Shown: positions 20,179 to 30,720 of the stretch, piece by piece | How the letters are laid out: each line of letters starts with the position of its first letter | Numbering within the stretch: position 1 is the stretch's first letter | Assembly (NCBI GenBank): GCA_963845085.1 | Contig: CAWJQI010000004.1 | Span: 64,001-128,000 of the forward strand | Direction of reading: 5' to 3' | Length of the DNA stretch: 64,000 nt | From: Candidatus Fermentibacterota bacterium | GTDB taxonomy: Bacteria; Fermentibacterota; Fermentibacteria; Fermentibacterales; JCC-6 | Translations under genes and position numbers: made by a program | The notes under the pieces: generated by a model | Told to the model about the DNA's origin: nothing | The model's input: only the letters and a program-made list of their open reading frames with translations | Databases searched by the model: none

Positions 20179-22915
20179 TCAATTCACCACTGCGGCGTGG
20201 AAGATCGACTCTGTTGACACACCGGCGGAAACCACCTCAAGGCATACATAGTAGAGACCGGGTGAAAGCCTTGATGTGTCCCACTCCACCTCCCAGGGTG
20301 AACCCCCGGGGGCGTTGCCCTCGAAAATGCCGACGAGTTCCCCCGCCACATTGAAAATCCTCACCGAAAAAGTGCAATCGCTTCCGGGCGTGAACCGGAT
20401 GTGCCCCGTGCCGTCGATGACCGGGTTCGGCCAGACGAAGAATCCCCCCTCCGCGAGGGGACCGGCCCCCGATATGGCCGGCAGTTCGGCGGGCCACCAG
20501 CAGCCCTCGCCGCCCCGATCCATACCGGTATGCCACCCCTGGGGCGAGAAGGGCACGAACCATGAGCCCACCCATCCGCCGCCGGCCACAGCAGCCATCC
20601 TGTAGGAATCGTCGCCCTCGAACTTCCAGAGCAGCGGTCTTCCCACCGGGAGGTCGCCGACCGACCACAACGTACCGTCCAGGCTTTCACCATCGGCATT
20701 CCAGAGCCCAGTCCGGCCGTCGCGAAGGGACAGGCCGGCGAAACCGATGCCACCCACCCCGGCGTTGAAACGGTCCGATCTCCGAAACCAGGCTGTCGGT
20801 GGGTGTGGAGACGGGCCAGTCCGCAAGGATGGTTCCGCTTGCAGTGACTGCGCAGGCTCCGGTCGAGGTCTCAACAACGACCTCGAGGTAGCCGTTTCCA
20901 TCGAGGTCGGAGGGGAACACCCCCCCCAGCGCCTCTCCCGAAAGTTCTGCGGGAAAACCGGGTTCGATGTTGCCTTCGGTGTCATAGCACCAGACGTAGC
21001 CCCTGCTGGTCAGCGCGATCTCGGTAACCCCGTCACGGTCGAAGTCGGCGGATATCGGAACGGATATGTCCCCTCCGCCGGGATGTACGGAACCGTCCGC
21101 GAAAAGAGGATGCCCGTCGAGGTCGAAGGCGAAAAGGCTTCCGTCGGCCACCGTGACGGCGATGCCAGGAACTTCGACATCGGGTGTCACGCAGATGCCC
21201 TGAACGGAATACTCAAAACCGTGGGGCCATCCGGGGATTGCCTCACCATCGGATGCAAAGAGGTAAACACTGTCGCCGGCGGCCGCAGCCGCGATCTGAA
21301 GCTCTTCCGAAAACAGGACCTGAACCGGCTCTTCGGAAACCCTTGCGGGCCAGCCCGGTGCTTCAACACCCCATTCGGGCGTGAGCATGTGGACAAAGCC
21401 GTTCCTGTCGCCAGTGAGCAGGTATTCGTCATCGGCCAGCAGCGCGGCCCTGGGAGGGGTTGCGAGCATCGTGCCGAACCCCGCAAGTGTTTCGCCTTCC
21501 GGCGAAAGCAGGGCAATCCTGCCGCTCCCGCGAAGAACTGCGATGACCTCGCCGAGACCGGGTGCGTTCCATACGACCGGACCGGAAGCGGGGTTCTGAA
21601 CTTCGGCGGGCCACCCTTCAACACCCTCGCGGGCAACCGTAAACGTCATGCTGTTCCCCGAATTGGATGTGACGTCGACAGTAACGCCCGTGCGGCCACC
21701 CCAGGAGGCCGATGTGGAAGGTGTTGTCGCGGGACCGAGCAACCACGCGTAGCCGTCGCGCTTCCAGGGGTCCCACTGGCTGCCGTCACTCGTGTAGAAG
21801 TAATCGTAGTAGGGCGAGTTGAAATCGGGGATGCCGTCCGCCTCGACCACGGTGACACCCTGGTGGAGGGGGTCGGCATTTACGGTGTTGTTCAGGATAT
21901 GGCTTCCAAGCCTTGTCTCATCGATATGCCAGATAAGGACACCAGAGCCGGGAAGGCCGTAGTCGCGCTCGTGGGCGCCGCACTGGCCGTCTCCGTCGGG
22001 GTCGCGCTGGCGGTTTTCGATGAGAAGGTACTCGGTGCCGCTGAGCGGCACCCGATAGACGGTGTCGTTGGGAGCGACGGTGAAACTGCCGTTCCAGACC
22101 TCGACAACGTCAGCCCAGCCCAGGTTCTCACGGGTGTAGGCGCCGGGGGCCGATGGCCAGAAACCGTCCATTATCCACTGGCCGTATCCCATTATGTCCC
22201 AGCCGCCGATGGCGATGCTGCCGGTGCTTGTGTTGTAGAGGTCGGGAGCGCCCAGCCATCGCAGCAGCTTGTTGGCGCTGACCCCGAGAACACCGAGCCC
22301 GTATGTATTCTGAGTCTGGTGCTCGGGAACGATGATCCCTTCGCTCACAAGCATGCCGTCGTTCGTCGGGATACCGCCGGCCATCCAGGGATCCTCCTGG
22401 CCGATGTAGTAGGAAAAGCTTCCAGCGTCTACGAACATCGAAGGCAGGTCCCACATGGGACCCGACGGATTGGATTCACTCCCCACACCGGCATGGACCA
22501 CCATCACAACGTCGTACTCCGAGAAATCCACCTCGGGGTCGGCGGCCTGAACCGCATGCACGAGAAGCCACATGACTGCGGTCGGCCAGCGGTCGCCGTC
22601 GCCGTACCAGCTCATCTGATGCGGCATTGTGTAACCGCCACCCCCGACGGCGGGAAACACGGAGAACTCGAAGTCCTGCCTGTCACGGCTGACGTCTGTG
22701 AAATACGAGTCAAGCTGTTCCGCGACATCGAGGCTGTAATCCCTGCCGTGCTCGGGCAGGAAAAGCCCGGTGCCTGTCGTGGAATCGGTGTAGTCCTCAA
22801 TGAACTCCACCCTCAGCATGCAGACACGAGTCAAGGCGTCAGCCCCCGACTGCGCGGCAGCCGAAGCGACAGACGCCAGAAGAAGGACCAGGCTCGGCCT
22901 GAGGGCGGACATCAC
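20179..22915 (-). CDS. M6 (immune inhibitor A)-like protease homolog lacking HExxH, with FG-GAP repeats and T9SS-type CTD; frameshift near 20778
   Basis: VHAGVGSE, LGAPDLY, IGGWDIMGYG, EYLLIENRQ, GVLIWHIDE; GWP repeats, DFDRDG/DLDGNG; CTD VWPNP..IFNVAGELV..PGLYYV in ORF 20179-20985. Confidence 0.8.
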
Positions 22916-22918
22916 CTC

Positions 22919-23908
22919 TTAGAACCCGACGGTAAGGGAGAACTTCTGGTTGTACTTGCCGCTGCCCTGAAGCTCCTCGACAACCGGAATGAAGGCCATG
23001 TCAAACTGGAAGCCCTCCCACTGGATGCCGGCGCCCCAGGTAAGGCCCTGCCTCGTGCTCGCGCCCTCGGTGTCATGCGAGTAGCCGGCGCGCAGGGCGA
23101 GCAGGTCGTAGTACCAGAGCTCAGCCCCGACACCGAATGTGTTTTCGCCGATCTCCTCGCCGATCTCGTCTTCAACGTCGACGAGAAGCTTCGAGAAATC
23201 AGATGCCACGAGCAGGTTGAAAAGGTCGTTCTGTATCGGGCGGAATGCAACGCCCAGCCTGATCTCCCTGGGCAGGGGGTTGTTCTCGCTGTTGCCGCCG
23301 TAGCTCATGTTGGGGCCGAGGTTCGCAAGGCAGGCGCCGAGGGACATGTCGCCGATTCCGAATTCGGGCACATGGTAGAGAACACCGAAATCGGCCGCGA
23401 AGCTCGAGCCCTTGCCGTTGTCTTCGTAGTAGAGATGGTCGTAGATGAACTTGAGGCTCATGCCCACTCCCAGGCCGTCCGCGACCTCGGTGCCGAAGCT
23501 GCCGGTCCCGCTGATACCGTAGGAATAGAAGGAGCCCACCGGCTCGGTGTAGCCCTCGGGTATCTCCTGCTGCTCGCCCATGGACATGAATGTGATGTTT
23601 CCGCCTATGCCGCCCCAACCCTCGAGATGCTGGGCATAGCCGAGGAACTCGAAGTAAAGGTCGTCTGCAAGCTGGGGCAGCCACTTGGAGTGCTGAAGCG
23701 TGAGCTCCGCCCTCTCGGGCGACACGAAGGCAAGGCCGGCGGGGTTCCAATAGCTTGCCGTTGCATCATCGCTGATGGCCGTGAAAACCTCGCCCATACC
23801 GTTGGGTCTTGCGCCGGGGGTGATGTCTTTCCAGATGACGGCTGCCGTTGCGGCGTAGCCGGTACCGGCGAATACAGCCACCGCGGCGGCCAAGAGAAAC
23901 TTACGCAT
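22919..23908 (-). CDS. porV: PorV/PorQ-family outer-membrane beta-barrel
   Basis: GARPNGMGEVFTAISDDATASYWNPAGLAF, NLGPNMSY, LPREIRLG, LALRAGY, terminal F; directly follows porU. Confidence 0.85.
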   Translation of the reverse strand: MRKFLLAAAVAVFAGTGYAATAAVIWKDITPGARPNGMGEVFTAISDDATASYWNPAGLAFVSPERAELTLQHSKWLPQLADDLYFEFLGYAQHLEGWGGIGGNITFMSMGEQQEIPEGYTEPVGSFYSYGISGTGSFGTEVADGLGVGMSLKFIYDHLYYEDNGKGSSFAADFGVLYHVPEFGIGDMSLGACLANLGPNMSYGGNSENNPLPREIRLGVAFRPIQNDLFNLLVASDFSKLLVDVEDEIGEEIGENTFGVGAELWYYDLLALRAGYSHDTEGASTRQGLTWGAGIQWEGFQFDMAFIPVVEELQGSGKYNQKFSLTVGF

Positions 23909-23926
23909 TTCTTCCTCCCGTTTCGA

Positions 23927-26900
23927 TCAATTCCTCACGACAGCCATCACTCCGGTAACGGAGGATTCACCTGCGGTGACAGTGTAAACATATGCGCCGG
24001 ATGCGACGGGGTCGCCGTCGGCATCGAGCAGGTTCCAAACGGACTGGTTATAGCCGGCGGTACCCTGCAGGTTCCTGAATGCGGCCACGGGGCGCCCGGC
24101 AACGGTGCAGACCTCGATGTCGACAGGGCCGGGTCCCGACTGCTGCCAGTGGAATCCTGCCTCGGTGGACGACGGGTTGGGGTAGATCCATACTCGCTCG
24201 AGGGTTGGTCCGGCGTCGGAGACAACCTCGATCTGCATCTCCGACCAGGAGATGTTGAGAAGGCAGTCGGTCACGCGGAGGCGGAGCTGGTGCGTTCCGG
24301 GTGCCAGGGCTGCAAGGGGCGCAAGAAGCCTCCCGCTCTCTGATGAGCCCTGGTTGTACACGAAATACTCTGAGACATCGGAGGGAACGCCGTCTACGTA
24401 CAGGGCAAGCTGCGCACCGGGATAGGGCAGCAGGTTGATGCCCGACTCGTCGGAAAGATCCGCGCAATACCAGATCTCGCCCGAAACACGGGGTACCACG
24501 GTGCCCCGGTAGCCCTGTATCCAGGCGTCGATCGAGGGACCGTCGGCATCGCCCGAAGGGGTGCCCGGTTCGAGGCGCCCCGGGTAGAGGCATGACAGGC
24601 TTCCCCCCCCCTCTCCCGGCGAGAAGAAACGAACCCTGGCAAGGTCTCCCGTTGTTGCCACAAGGGGAACGAACACCTCCTGCGTGAACGCCGGGGAGGC
24701 CTGAGTGAAGCCGCGGTGGAACAGGCCGGGAACCGTGAAGTAGCGTATGGGGAGGTTTGTCTGATACGTGTAGTAGGTGTCGGGCTGCATTGATTCCCAG
24801 GCGCTGACCAGCACAAGCCCCTCCCTTCCCTCGAGAGCGCCCTCGAAGGTGACGCGCTCGCCGGTCAGGAGGGTGGGGGTGTTGTGGGTTATCCCGCTGT
24901 CGGGAAGAGCAAGGGCCAGGGAACCGTCGCCGAACAGGATGTAGTACTTGCTCTGAGAGCCGCCGTCTTCGACCTTGCCGAGCCACGTGGCCTCGCCCAT
25001 CGAGAGGTCGAAGCCGGTGAACAGGAAGGTGAAGATGCTTTTCAGCAATTCGCAGTTCGAAGAGCCCTGGGTTTTAACCGAGGCGCCGAGGGCTGCAATC
25101 GCCCCGCCCGAGGGGGCAAGGGTCACATCGCCTGAAATGCACTTCCTGCCGGGGTGCTGGAACAACCCGACATCGCACGAACCGAAGATGGCGTAGGGAA
25201 GCCTGCGGTCGTTTGCCAGCTGGGCGCAGTCTTCAAGGTACATGAGGCCCTCGTCGGCTATCTGGTCGAAGCTGCCGTGCCCCATGTAGAACATTACAAG
25301 CGCGCCTTCCGACCACGTGTCGATGAGCGACTGCCTCCATTCCGGCTTCTTCCCGGCATCGTTCCAGGTGTGGAAGATGCCGTACTGCCGGTCAACGAAG
25401 AACCTGTCCGGGACATCGAGGATGATGGATTCGGTCTGGTCGGTGTGATACCGGTCGGTGTAGTGGGAAACGCCGTTTCTAATGGTTCTCTCGTCGTCGG
25501 CGGATGCTATGACCGCCGATTGCCATTCACCCGAAGCTTCACATTCAAAGTAGTCCCACGCACGCTGGGCAAGGAACTGCAGTTCGGATCGGTTGGTGGC
25601 GAACACCCGGGAGACGGCGAACTGGGGAACGTCCGATCCGCGAACGACGGCGTACCTGTCATCGCTCACGCCGTCATCTCCGGGCGATACAACTATGACG
25701 TCCATCGGGCAGGGCTGTGCGTAGAGGAAGTGTCTGGGATCGAAGTGCCCCGCACCAACGAGAACGAGCTCGGATGGAAGCGGGTCCCAAGTATCGAGAA
25801 CCCAGCTCATCATGGCCCTCAGGGCCTGAGGATCCCGCACGCCGCCGTTGAACTCGTCCCAGACCTCGGTGAGCGAGACAAAAACACGGCTGCGCCCGTC
25901 CGGACGGTCGAGAAGGGGCATGTCGGAAGCGAACTCGTCGGGGTACACCACGATGATGTCGCCTCCGGTGAGCGTGCCCCGGATGCGGCCGGGGGAGGCC
26001 GGCGAGACCGAGTACGGTTCCGGTATGCTGCCCGACGGGTACATGAACATCAGGGGCATCCGCCAGCCGTAGGGGATCTCGACCTCGAACGATGTGCCGG
26101 TCGGAAGGTCGAGGGCAAGGGCGAGTGTGTCGCCGTTCACGAGGAACGCCCGCGCAGAGTTGAGGTTCTGGGCCCAGTCAATCCTGCGGCGCTGGCCGAT
26201 GGGTATCGTCCAGACAAGGGGAACCTCGATGGCGGTTGACGAGGAGGTGAAGCTCTTCTCCGGAAAAACGGAAACCCAGTCGAAATTCACGGTATACGAC
26301 CCCGAGACCGGGGAGAACTGGATTCCAAGGCTGTTGCCGGTGTTCTTTATCCCTTTTACATCGAATGTGAGGATGTGCTTGCCGACCCCTGAGATAGTGG
26401 TGTCGCCCTGGACGGAACCGTTCAGGAGCGCCCTGACATTGGCCTGACCTGCGGTAAGGGCAAGACCCACCCTGACACTGCCGGACCCCGTGGCCCCGGG
26501 TGCGTCGAACGTGAGGTTGGCCGTCTGGGTGTGGCTGCCGGCAATCCGGGACCAGGCCCACCAGTCCCATGTCGAGATCTCGCGGATGTAGTTGTTCTCA
26601 AGGTGCAGCCTGCCCGTATAGAAGCTTCCGGCTGAGGGCTCGCCGGTCACCGAGCAATCCTGCTCTTCCATGAAAGGCCCGCCCGGGCCTCCCCAGGTGA
26701 GCCAGTAGGTGTTCAGCGAATCGTAACGGCTGTTGAAATGCAGGCCGTCGAAGCCGATGCTGTCGTCCCACCACGAAAGACCGCGGCCGAAGAACAGAAC
26801 CCTGTCGGATGAGTCGAACACGCCGTCGCCGCCGTCCTCGACAAGGATCGATACGGGCAGCGGCTCGAACGCCTCGGTCCAGGGGGTTTCCTCGTCCATG

Positions 26901-27619
26901 TTCACACCGCGTCCGCAGAACATGCTGAAGGACGACGAGGGCATGCCCACCGCTTCCGGCAGTGCAGCGCCCGTTATCTGGAAAACCCCTGCCGTGTCGA
27001 CCTGCACCCTAGCCCAGGGCATTCCCCAGAAGGGGCTTGACCCGGCCCGGGAAGCCGGTTCGAGCATGCAACCCTCATCGGTGCTGAAGAAACCGGAGTA
27101 AAGCACGCCCTGGTGGCCCGATACCACGTCGAAACCGCGAGACCCTCTTTCCCCGACGATAATTCTCATGCCCGAGGCCTGCAGAAGCTCGCCACCGGAG
27201 ACAGTAACGGGGTAGAGCGCCACCTCGACGAAGCCCGCACGCCTCCAGGTGCCGTACTGCACGACACGGCTCCACTCAGTCGGCAAAACGGAGGGAGACG
27301 CCTCGCGGAAGGCCTCGACACCCTCGGATGTAAAGTATGAGGCGGCAATGCCCGCTGCGGTCCCGATGCTTTGAACGCCGGTCGCCTCGACGCGCACCTG
27401 TGGCGTCGTGCCCGGCTCTATGGGAAGCCTTACGTACCGTACAGGCAGAAGAACATCATCCATCACCGAGCATCCGTCGATCCCGACTGCTGAATAGTCG
27501 CCAAGAGCGACCCGCTCAGGCCGCGCGAACTCGACGAAAAGCCCCTCCTGCAGGGCATCGCCGACAGGAAGCGTTAGTACTGATGGGAAGGCGGTCAACA
27601 TGAGCAGGAGAATTGTCAT
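23927..27619 (-). CDS. porU: PorU-like C25-family sortase of type IX secretion
   Basis: VDTAGVFQITG, DRVLFFGRG, NTYWLTW, VWDEFNGG..DP, YMGHGS / GSCDVG His-Cys dyad, DGP.I...SDESGIN, IYPNP CTD. Confidence 0.85.
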   Translation of the reverse strand: MTILLLMLTAFPSVLTLPVGDALQEGLFVEFARPERVALGDYSAVGIDGCSVMDDVLLPVRYVRLPIEPGTTPQVRVEATGVQSIGTAAGIAASYFTSEGVEAFREASPSVLPTEWSRVVQYGTWRRAGFVEVALYPVTVSGGELLQASGMRIIVGERGSRGFDVVSGHQGVLYSGFFSTDEGCMLEPASRAGSSPFWGMPWARVQVDTAGVFQITGAALPEAVGMPSSSFSMFCGRGVNMDEETPWTEAFEPLPVSILVEDGGDGVFDSSDRVLFFGRGLSWWDDSIGFDGLHFNSRYDSLNTYWLTWGGPGGPFMEEQDCSVTGEPSAGSFYTGRLHLENNYIREISTWDWWAWSRIAGSHTQTANLTFDAPGATGSGSVRVGLALTAGQANVRALLNGSVQGDTTISGVGKHILTFDVKGIKNTGNSLGIQFSPVSGSYTVNFDWVSVFPEKSFTSSSTAIEVPLVWTIPIGQRRRIDWAQNLNSARAFLVNGDTLALALDLPTGTSFEVEIPYGWRMPLMFMYPSGSIPEPYSVSPASPGRIRGTLTGGDIIVVYPDEFASDMPLLDRPDGRSRVFVSLTEVWDEFNGGVRDPQALRAMMSWVLDTWDPLPSELVLVGAGHFDPRHFLYAQPCPMDVIVVSPGDDGVSDDRYAVVRGSDVPQFAVSRVFATNRSELQFLAQRAWDYFECEASGEWQSAVIASADDERTIRNGVSHYTDRYHTDQTESIILDVPDRFFVDRQYGIFHTWNDAGKKPEWRQSLIDTWSEGALVMFYMGHGSFDQIADEGLMYLEDCAQLANDRRLPYAIFGSCDVGLFQHPGRKCISGDVTLAPSGGAIAALGASVKTQGSSNCELLKSIFTFLFTGFDLSMGEATWLGKVEDGGSQSKYYILFGDGSLALALPDSGITHNTPTLLTGERVTFEGALEGREGLVLVSAWESMQPDTYYTYQTNLPIRYFTVPGLFHRGFTQASPAFTQEVFVPLVATTGDLARVRFFSPGEGGGSLSCLYPGRLEPGTPSGDADGPSIDAWIQGYRGTVVPRVSGEIWYCADLSDESGINLLPYPGAQLALYVDGVPSDVSEYFVYNQGSSESGRLLAPLAALAPGTHQLRLRVTDCLLNISWSEMQIEVVSDAGPTLERVWIYPNPSSTEAGFHWQQSGPGPVDIEVCTVAGRPVAAFRNLQGTAGYNQSVWNLLDADGDPVASGAYVYTVTAGESSVTGVMAVVRN

Positions 27620-27763
27620 GGTTGTCCCTCTTCGAAAGTACGGTCCGTCAACTTTGTAAGGATGAAGAACGCATGTAATCTACACCTTTCGCCCCTTACC
27701 GGGAAAGGTACTTGCTTTACGCCGAACAGGCTCTGCGGTTCCACAGAATGCCTGTCCGTCCGA

Positions 27764-28297
27764 TCAGAGGTCGGACAGTTCCAGGATCGGCCCCTCCTCG
27801 GGGTTCTCGCCGGGAAGCCTTTCCCCTTCCGGGATGAGCTCGGCCTTTACCCTGCTCTCCTCCACCTGGATCATGTTCTTCTGGCTTTCCATGAACTCCC
27901 GCATCCTTGCCAGAAGTGCGAGGCGCCTGTCCTGAAGCTCCCGGATCGTCTCGGAGAGAACCTGGACGCGGCGGTGTGCCTGGTTCAGCAGCGACTCGCT
28001 CTTCACCTGGGCATCGCGGATGATCAGCTCAGCCTCTCTTCTCGCGTCCTCCCTGGCGGTGGCAGCGCTTTTCTGCTGGGCGACCAGTACTTCCCTGACA
28101 GCGCCCTCCATCCTGTCGAAATCGCTGGCCCTGGCCCGAAGCAGTTCCAGCTCCCGTGAAGAGCTTTCACGGGTTTCAACGGTTTCCTCCCAGGCGTCCG
28201 CAAGCATCTCAAGAAATGCGTCGACCTCAGCCGAATCGTAGCCTCTCAGGGCCTTCTTGAACCTCTGTCTCCTGATGTCCAGAGGAGATATCTTCAT
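27764..28297 (-). CDS. divIVA: DivIVA domain protein
   Basis: MKISPLDIRRQRFKKALRGYDSAEVDAFL plus coiled coil. Confidence 0.9.
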   Translation of the reverse strand: MKISPLDIRRQRFKKALRGYDSAEVDAFLEMLADAWEETVETRESSSRELELLRARASDFDRMEGAVREVLVAQQKSAATAREDARREAELIIRDAQVKSESLLNQAHRRVQVLSETIRELQDRRLALLARMREFMESQKNMIQVEESRVKAELIPEGERLPGENPEEGPILELSDL

Positions 28298-28325
28298 CGG
28301 GCCGTCTCCCTTCGTTTCCCCGAAA

Positions 28326-28997
28326 TCACCGTCGCACCCCGAAAAGCGCCCTTCCGAGCCTGACCATCGTGGCCCCCTCCCTCACGGCGTGCAGATAATC
28401 ATCACTCATGCCCATGGAAAGCGTTCCAAGCGGAATTCCCATGGAGCGTTTCAATTCGTCCCTCAATTCCCTGAGGAGGGCGAAAGCCCTTCTCGAACCC
28501 TCACCGCTCCCTGTCAGCGGGCCAACGGTAAAGAGCCCCTCGACACGCAGCCCGAGCTCGACCATGCGGCCTGCCGACTCGGCAAGAAGACCGGCGATCG
28601 GGGAAAAGCCCTTCTTGGAGGCTTCGCCGGAGGTGTTCACCTCGATCAGCAGAGGGTTTTCCGCCTTGCGTCTGGCAAGTTCCTGCGCCACTTCAATCCT
28701 GTCCACCGAATCGATCCAGTGGAAGTCGCGGATGGCCTGCCTGGTCTCGCGGACATGAAAGGCGCCGATGAGGTGGAACTCGGCGAAGGCACTCCCAAGT
28801 TCACGAATTTTCCTGCCACCCTCGGAAACCCTGTTCTCGCCGATGATTCGAACGCCCGCCTCGACGGCTTCACGAACGACCGAGACGGGATGTGTCTTGG
28901 TGACAGCCATGACGCTGACCTCGGCCGGGCATCTCCCCGCGTCGAGGCATGCCCGGGCGATTCCGTCCATTATTCCCTCAAGGTTCCTTCGTATCAT
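28326..28997 (-). CDS. yggS: PLP homeostasis protein YggS
   Basis: AVTKTHP, GENRV, FHLIG, EVNTSGEASKKG, LSMGMSDDY, VRLGRALFG. Confidence 0.95.
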   Translation of the reverse strand: MIRRNLEGIMDGIARACLDAGRCPAEVSVMAVTKTHPVSVVREAVEAGVRIIGENRVSEGGRKIRELGSAFAEFHLIGAFHVRETRQAIRDFHWIDSVDRIEVAQELARRKAENPLLIEVNTSGEASKKGFSPIAGLLAESAGRMVELGLRVEGLFTVGPLTGSGEGSRRAFALLRELRDELKRSMGIPLGTLSMGMSDDYLHAVREGATMVRLGRALFGVRR

Positions 28998-29095
28998 GCC
29001 CCAGACACCTCCCCGGGTAATATGCTCGATGGGAGGAACGGACACACCGCATCCCGGCTATAATATCGGTTGACAAAAAAACCGAAGGGATTTTC

Positions 29096-30697
29096 ATGAA
29101 GCTTTTCCCAGTGACAGCATGTATCGCCCTTTTAAGCGCCGCAGCGGTACCCCCTCCACCCGGCCTTTTTGACGCCCCGTCCATGGAACACCTCGGCTGG
29201 CTTGAGTCCTATGCAGACGCACGCGCCCGGGGCGTCGACGCCCCGAATCCCGCGGCGAACGCCGACAGCCCGATGGCAGACGCCCTGGACGGCGATCCGA
29301 TGAAGGTTCTGATCCTCCTGGTCGACTTCGATGACAACGTCGCCCTGACGGAACCCGCGTACTTCGACAGCATGGGCTTTGCATCCGACACGTTCAGCCT
29401 CCACAGGTACTACCTCGACGTCTCCTTCGGGCAGATAGACATCACAACAGTTGACTGGCCAAGCGGAACCGGCTGGCAGAGGGCTCCTGAAGACTATTCC
29501 TGGTACGTCAACAACAACTACGGCTGGGGTTCGTACCCCCAGAACAGCCAGGGGCTGGTCGAGGACGTGTGCGAACTTGTCGATCCCATAGTCGACTTCA
29601 GCGAGTACGACAACGACGGGGACGGTTACGTTGACGGCGTGAACCTCATGTTCGCGGGGCAGTTCACCGGCGCTCCCTCCACCATATGGCCCCACTGCTG
29701 GAGCCTGCCGAACCCCATGGAGCTCGACGGTGTCAACGTTTACACCTTCAGTGTCCAGAACGAGTACGACGACTCCCCCGGCGACAAGTCCGCAGCCGTG
29801 TTCTGCCACGAGTTCGGGCATGTTCTTGGCCTGCCCGATCTTTACGACTACGACTACGACTCGAACGGCACGGGGGACTGGTGTCTGATGAGCTTCGGGG
29901 TGTACAACGGCGGAGGCTGGAGCCCTGCCGAACTCAACGCGTGGTGCAGGAGCAAGCTGGGGGTCACCGAACTCATAAACATCACCGAAGCAGGCACCTA
30001 CGAGGTACCCGCCATCGAGGTTTCGAATGTTGCATACAGGCTTTACACGGATGGACAGGGCGGTGCAAGGTTCTTCGTCCTCGAAAACCGCCGTCCGATG
30101 AACTGGGACGAGGCACTTCCGGGCCACGGCGTGTTCATCTGGCACGTGGATGAAACAATGGGCAGCAACGACAACCAGTGGTGGCCCGGCTGCGGCTGGT
30201 ACCCCCACTACCGGGTGGCGCTCGAACAGGCCGACGGCCTCTACAACCTCGAGCACAATCAGGCCAGCGATGCGGGCGATCCCTGGCCGGGCACCTCAGG
30301 CAACCAGTACTTCGGTTACTGGACAGGCCCCGACAGCAGGGACTACTACGGCGACGACACCGGGGTTTACGTGGGTCCCATCCCCGAAACCGCCGACACC
30401 GTTGATGTGTTCATGTCGGTGAACTTCACCGGCATCGAGTCAACGCCACCCGCCGGATCGGCCCCCGCGCTCTCCTGGTCAGGAAGCACCCTTCTGCTTC
30501 ACCATGAAGGGGGGCAGGCTGTCCTTACGGTTTTCGACATGGCGGGACGGACTGTGGCCACCCTGCACAGCGGCGAACTTCCGGCGGGCGACCATTCGAT
30601 CGCCTGGAGCACAGGCGGAATTCCCGCCGGCGTTTACCTCGCGCTTTTCGAGAGTGCCGGCGGAAGTGTTTCGGCAAGGGGTGTGGTTCTCAGATAG
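29096..30697 (+). CDS. M6 family metalloprotease (intact) with T9SS-type CTD
   Basis: VLILLVDFDD, IWPH, VFCHEFGHVLGLPDLYD, WCLMSFG, FVLENR; C-terminus VFDMAGRTV..AGVYL..RGVVLR. Confidence 0.9.
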   Translation: MKLFPVTACIALLSAAAVPPPPGLFDAPSMEHLGWLESYADARARGVDAPNPAANADSPMADALDGDPMKVLILLVDFDDNVALTEPAYFDSMGFASDTFSLHRYYLDVSFGQIDITTVDWPSGTGWQRAPEDYSWYVNNNYGWGSYPQNSQGLVEDVCELVDPIVDFSEYDNDGDGYVDGVNLMFAGQFTGAPSTIWPHCWSLPNPMELDGVNVYTFSVQNEYDDSPGDKSAAVFCHEFGHVLGLPDLYDYDYDSNGTGDWCLMSFGVYNGGGWSPAELNAWCRSKLGVTELINITEAGTYEVPAIEVSNVAYRLYTDGQGGARFFVLENRRPMNWDEALPGHGVFIWHVDETMGSNDNQWWPGCGWYPHYRVALEQADGLYNLEHNQASDAGDPWPGTSGNQYFGYWTGPDSRDYYGDDTGVYVGPIPETADTVDVFMSVNFTGIESTPPAGSAPALSWSGSTLLLHHEGGQAVLTVFDMAGRTVATLHSGELPAGDHSIAWSTGGIPAGVYLALFESAGGSVSARGVVLR

Positions 30698-30720
30698 CCA
30701 TTGATGCATTCCGGGGGTGT

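Noticed and set aside
20747..24343. 1198-aa plus-strand ORF
   Set aside because: Antisense shadow of the M6-like, porV and porU genes; no recognisable motifs; typical of GC-rich DNA.
27764..28997. divIVA in a diderm as a novelty
   Set aside because: yggS-divIVA neighbourhoods are already known in several diderm lineages; an ordinary housekeeping arrangement.
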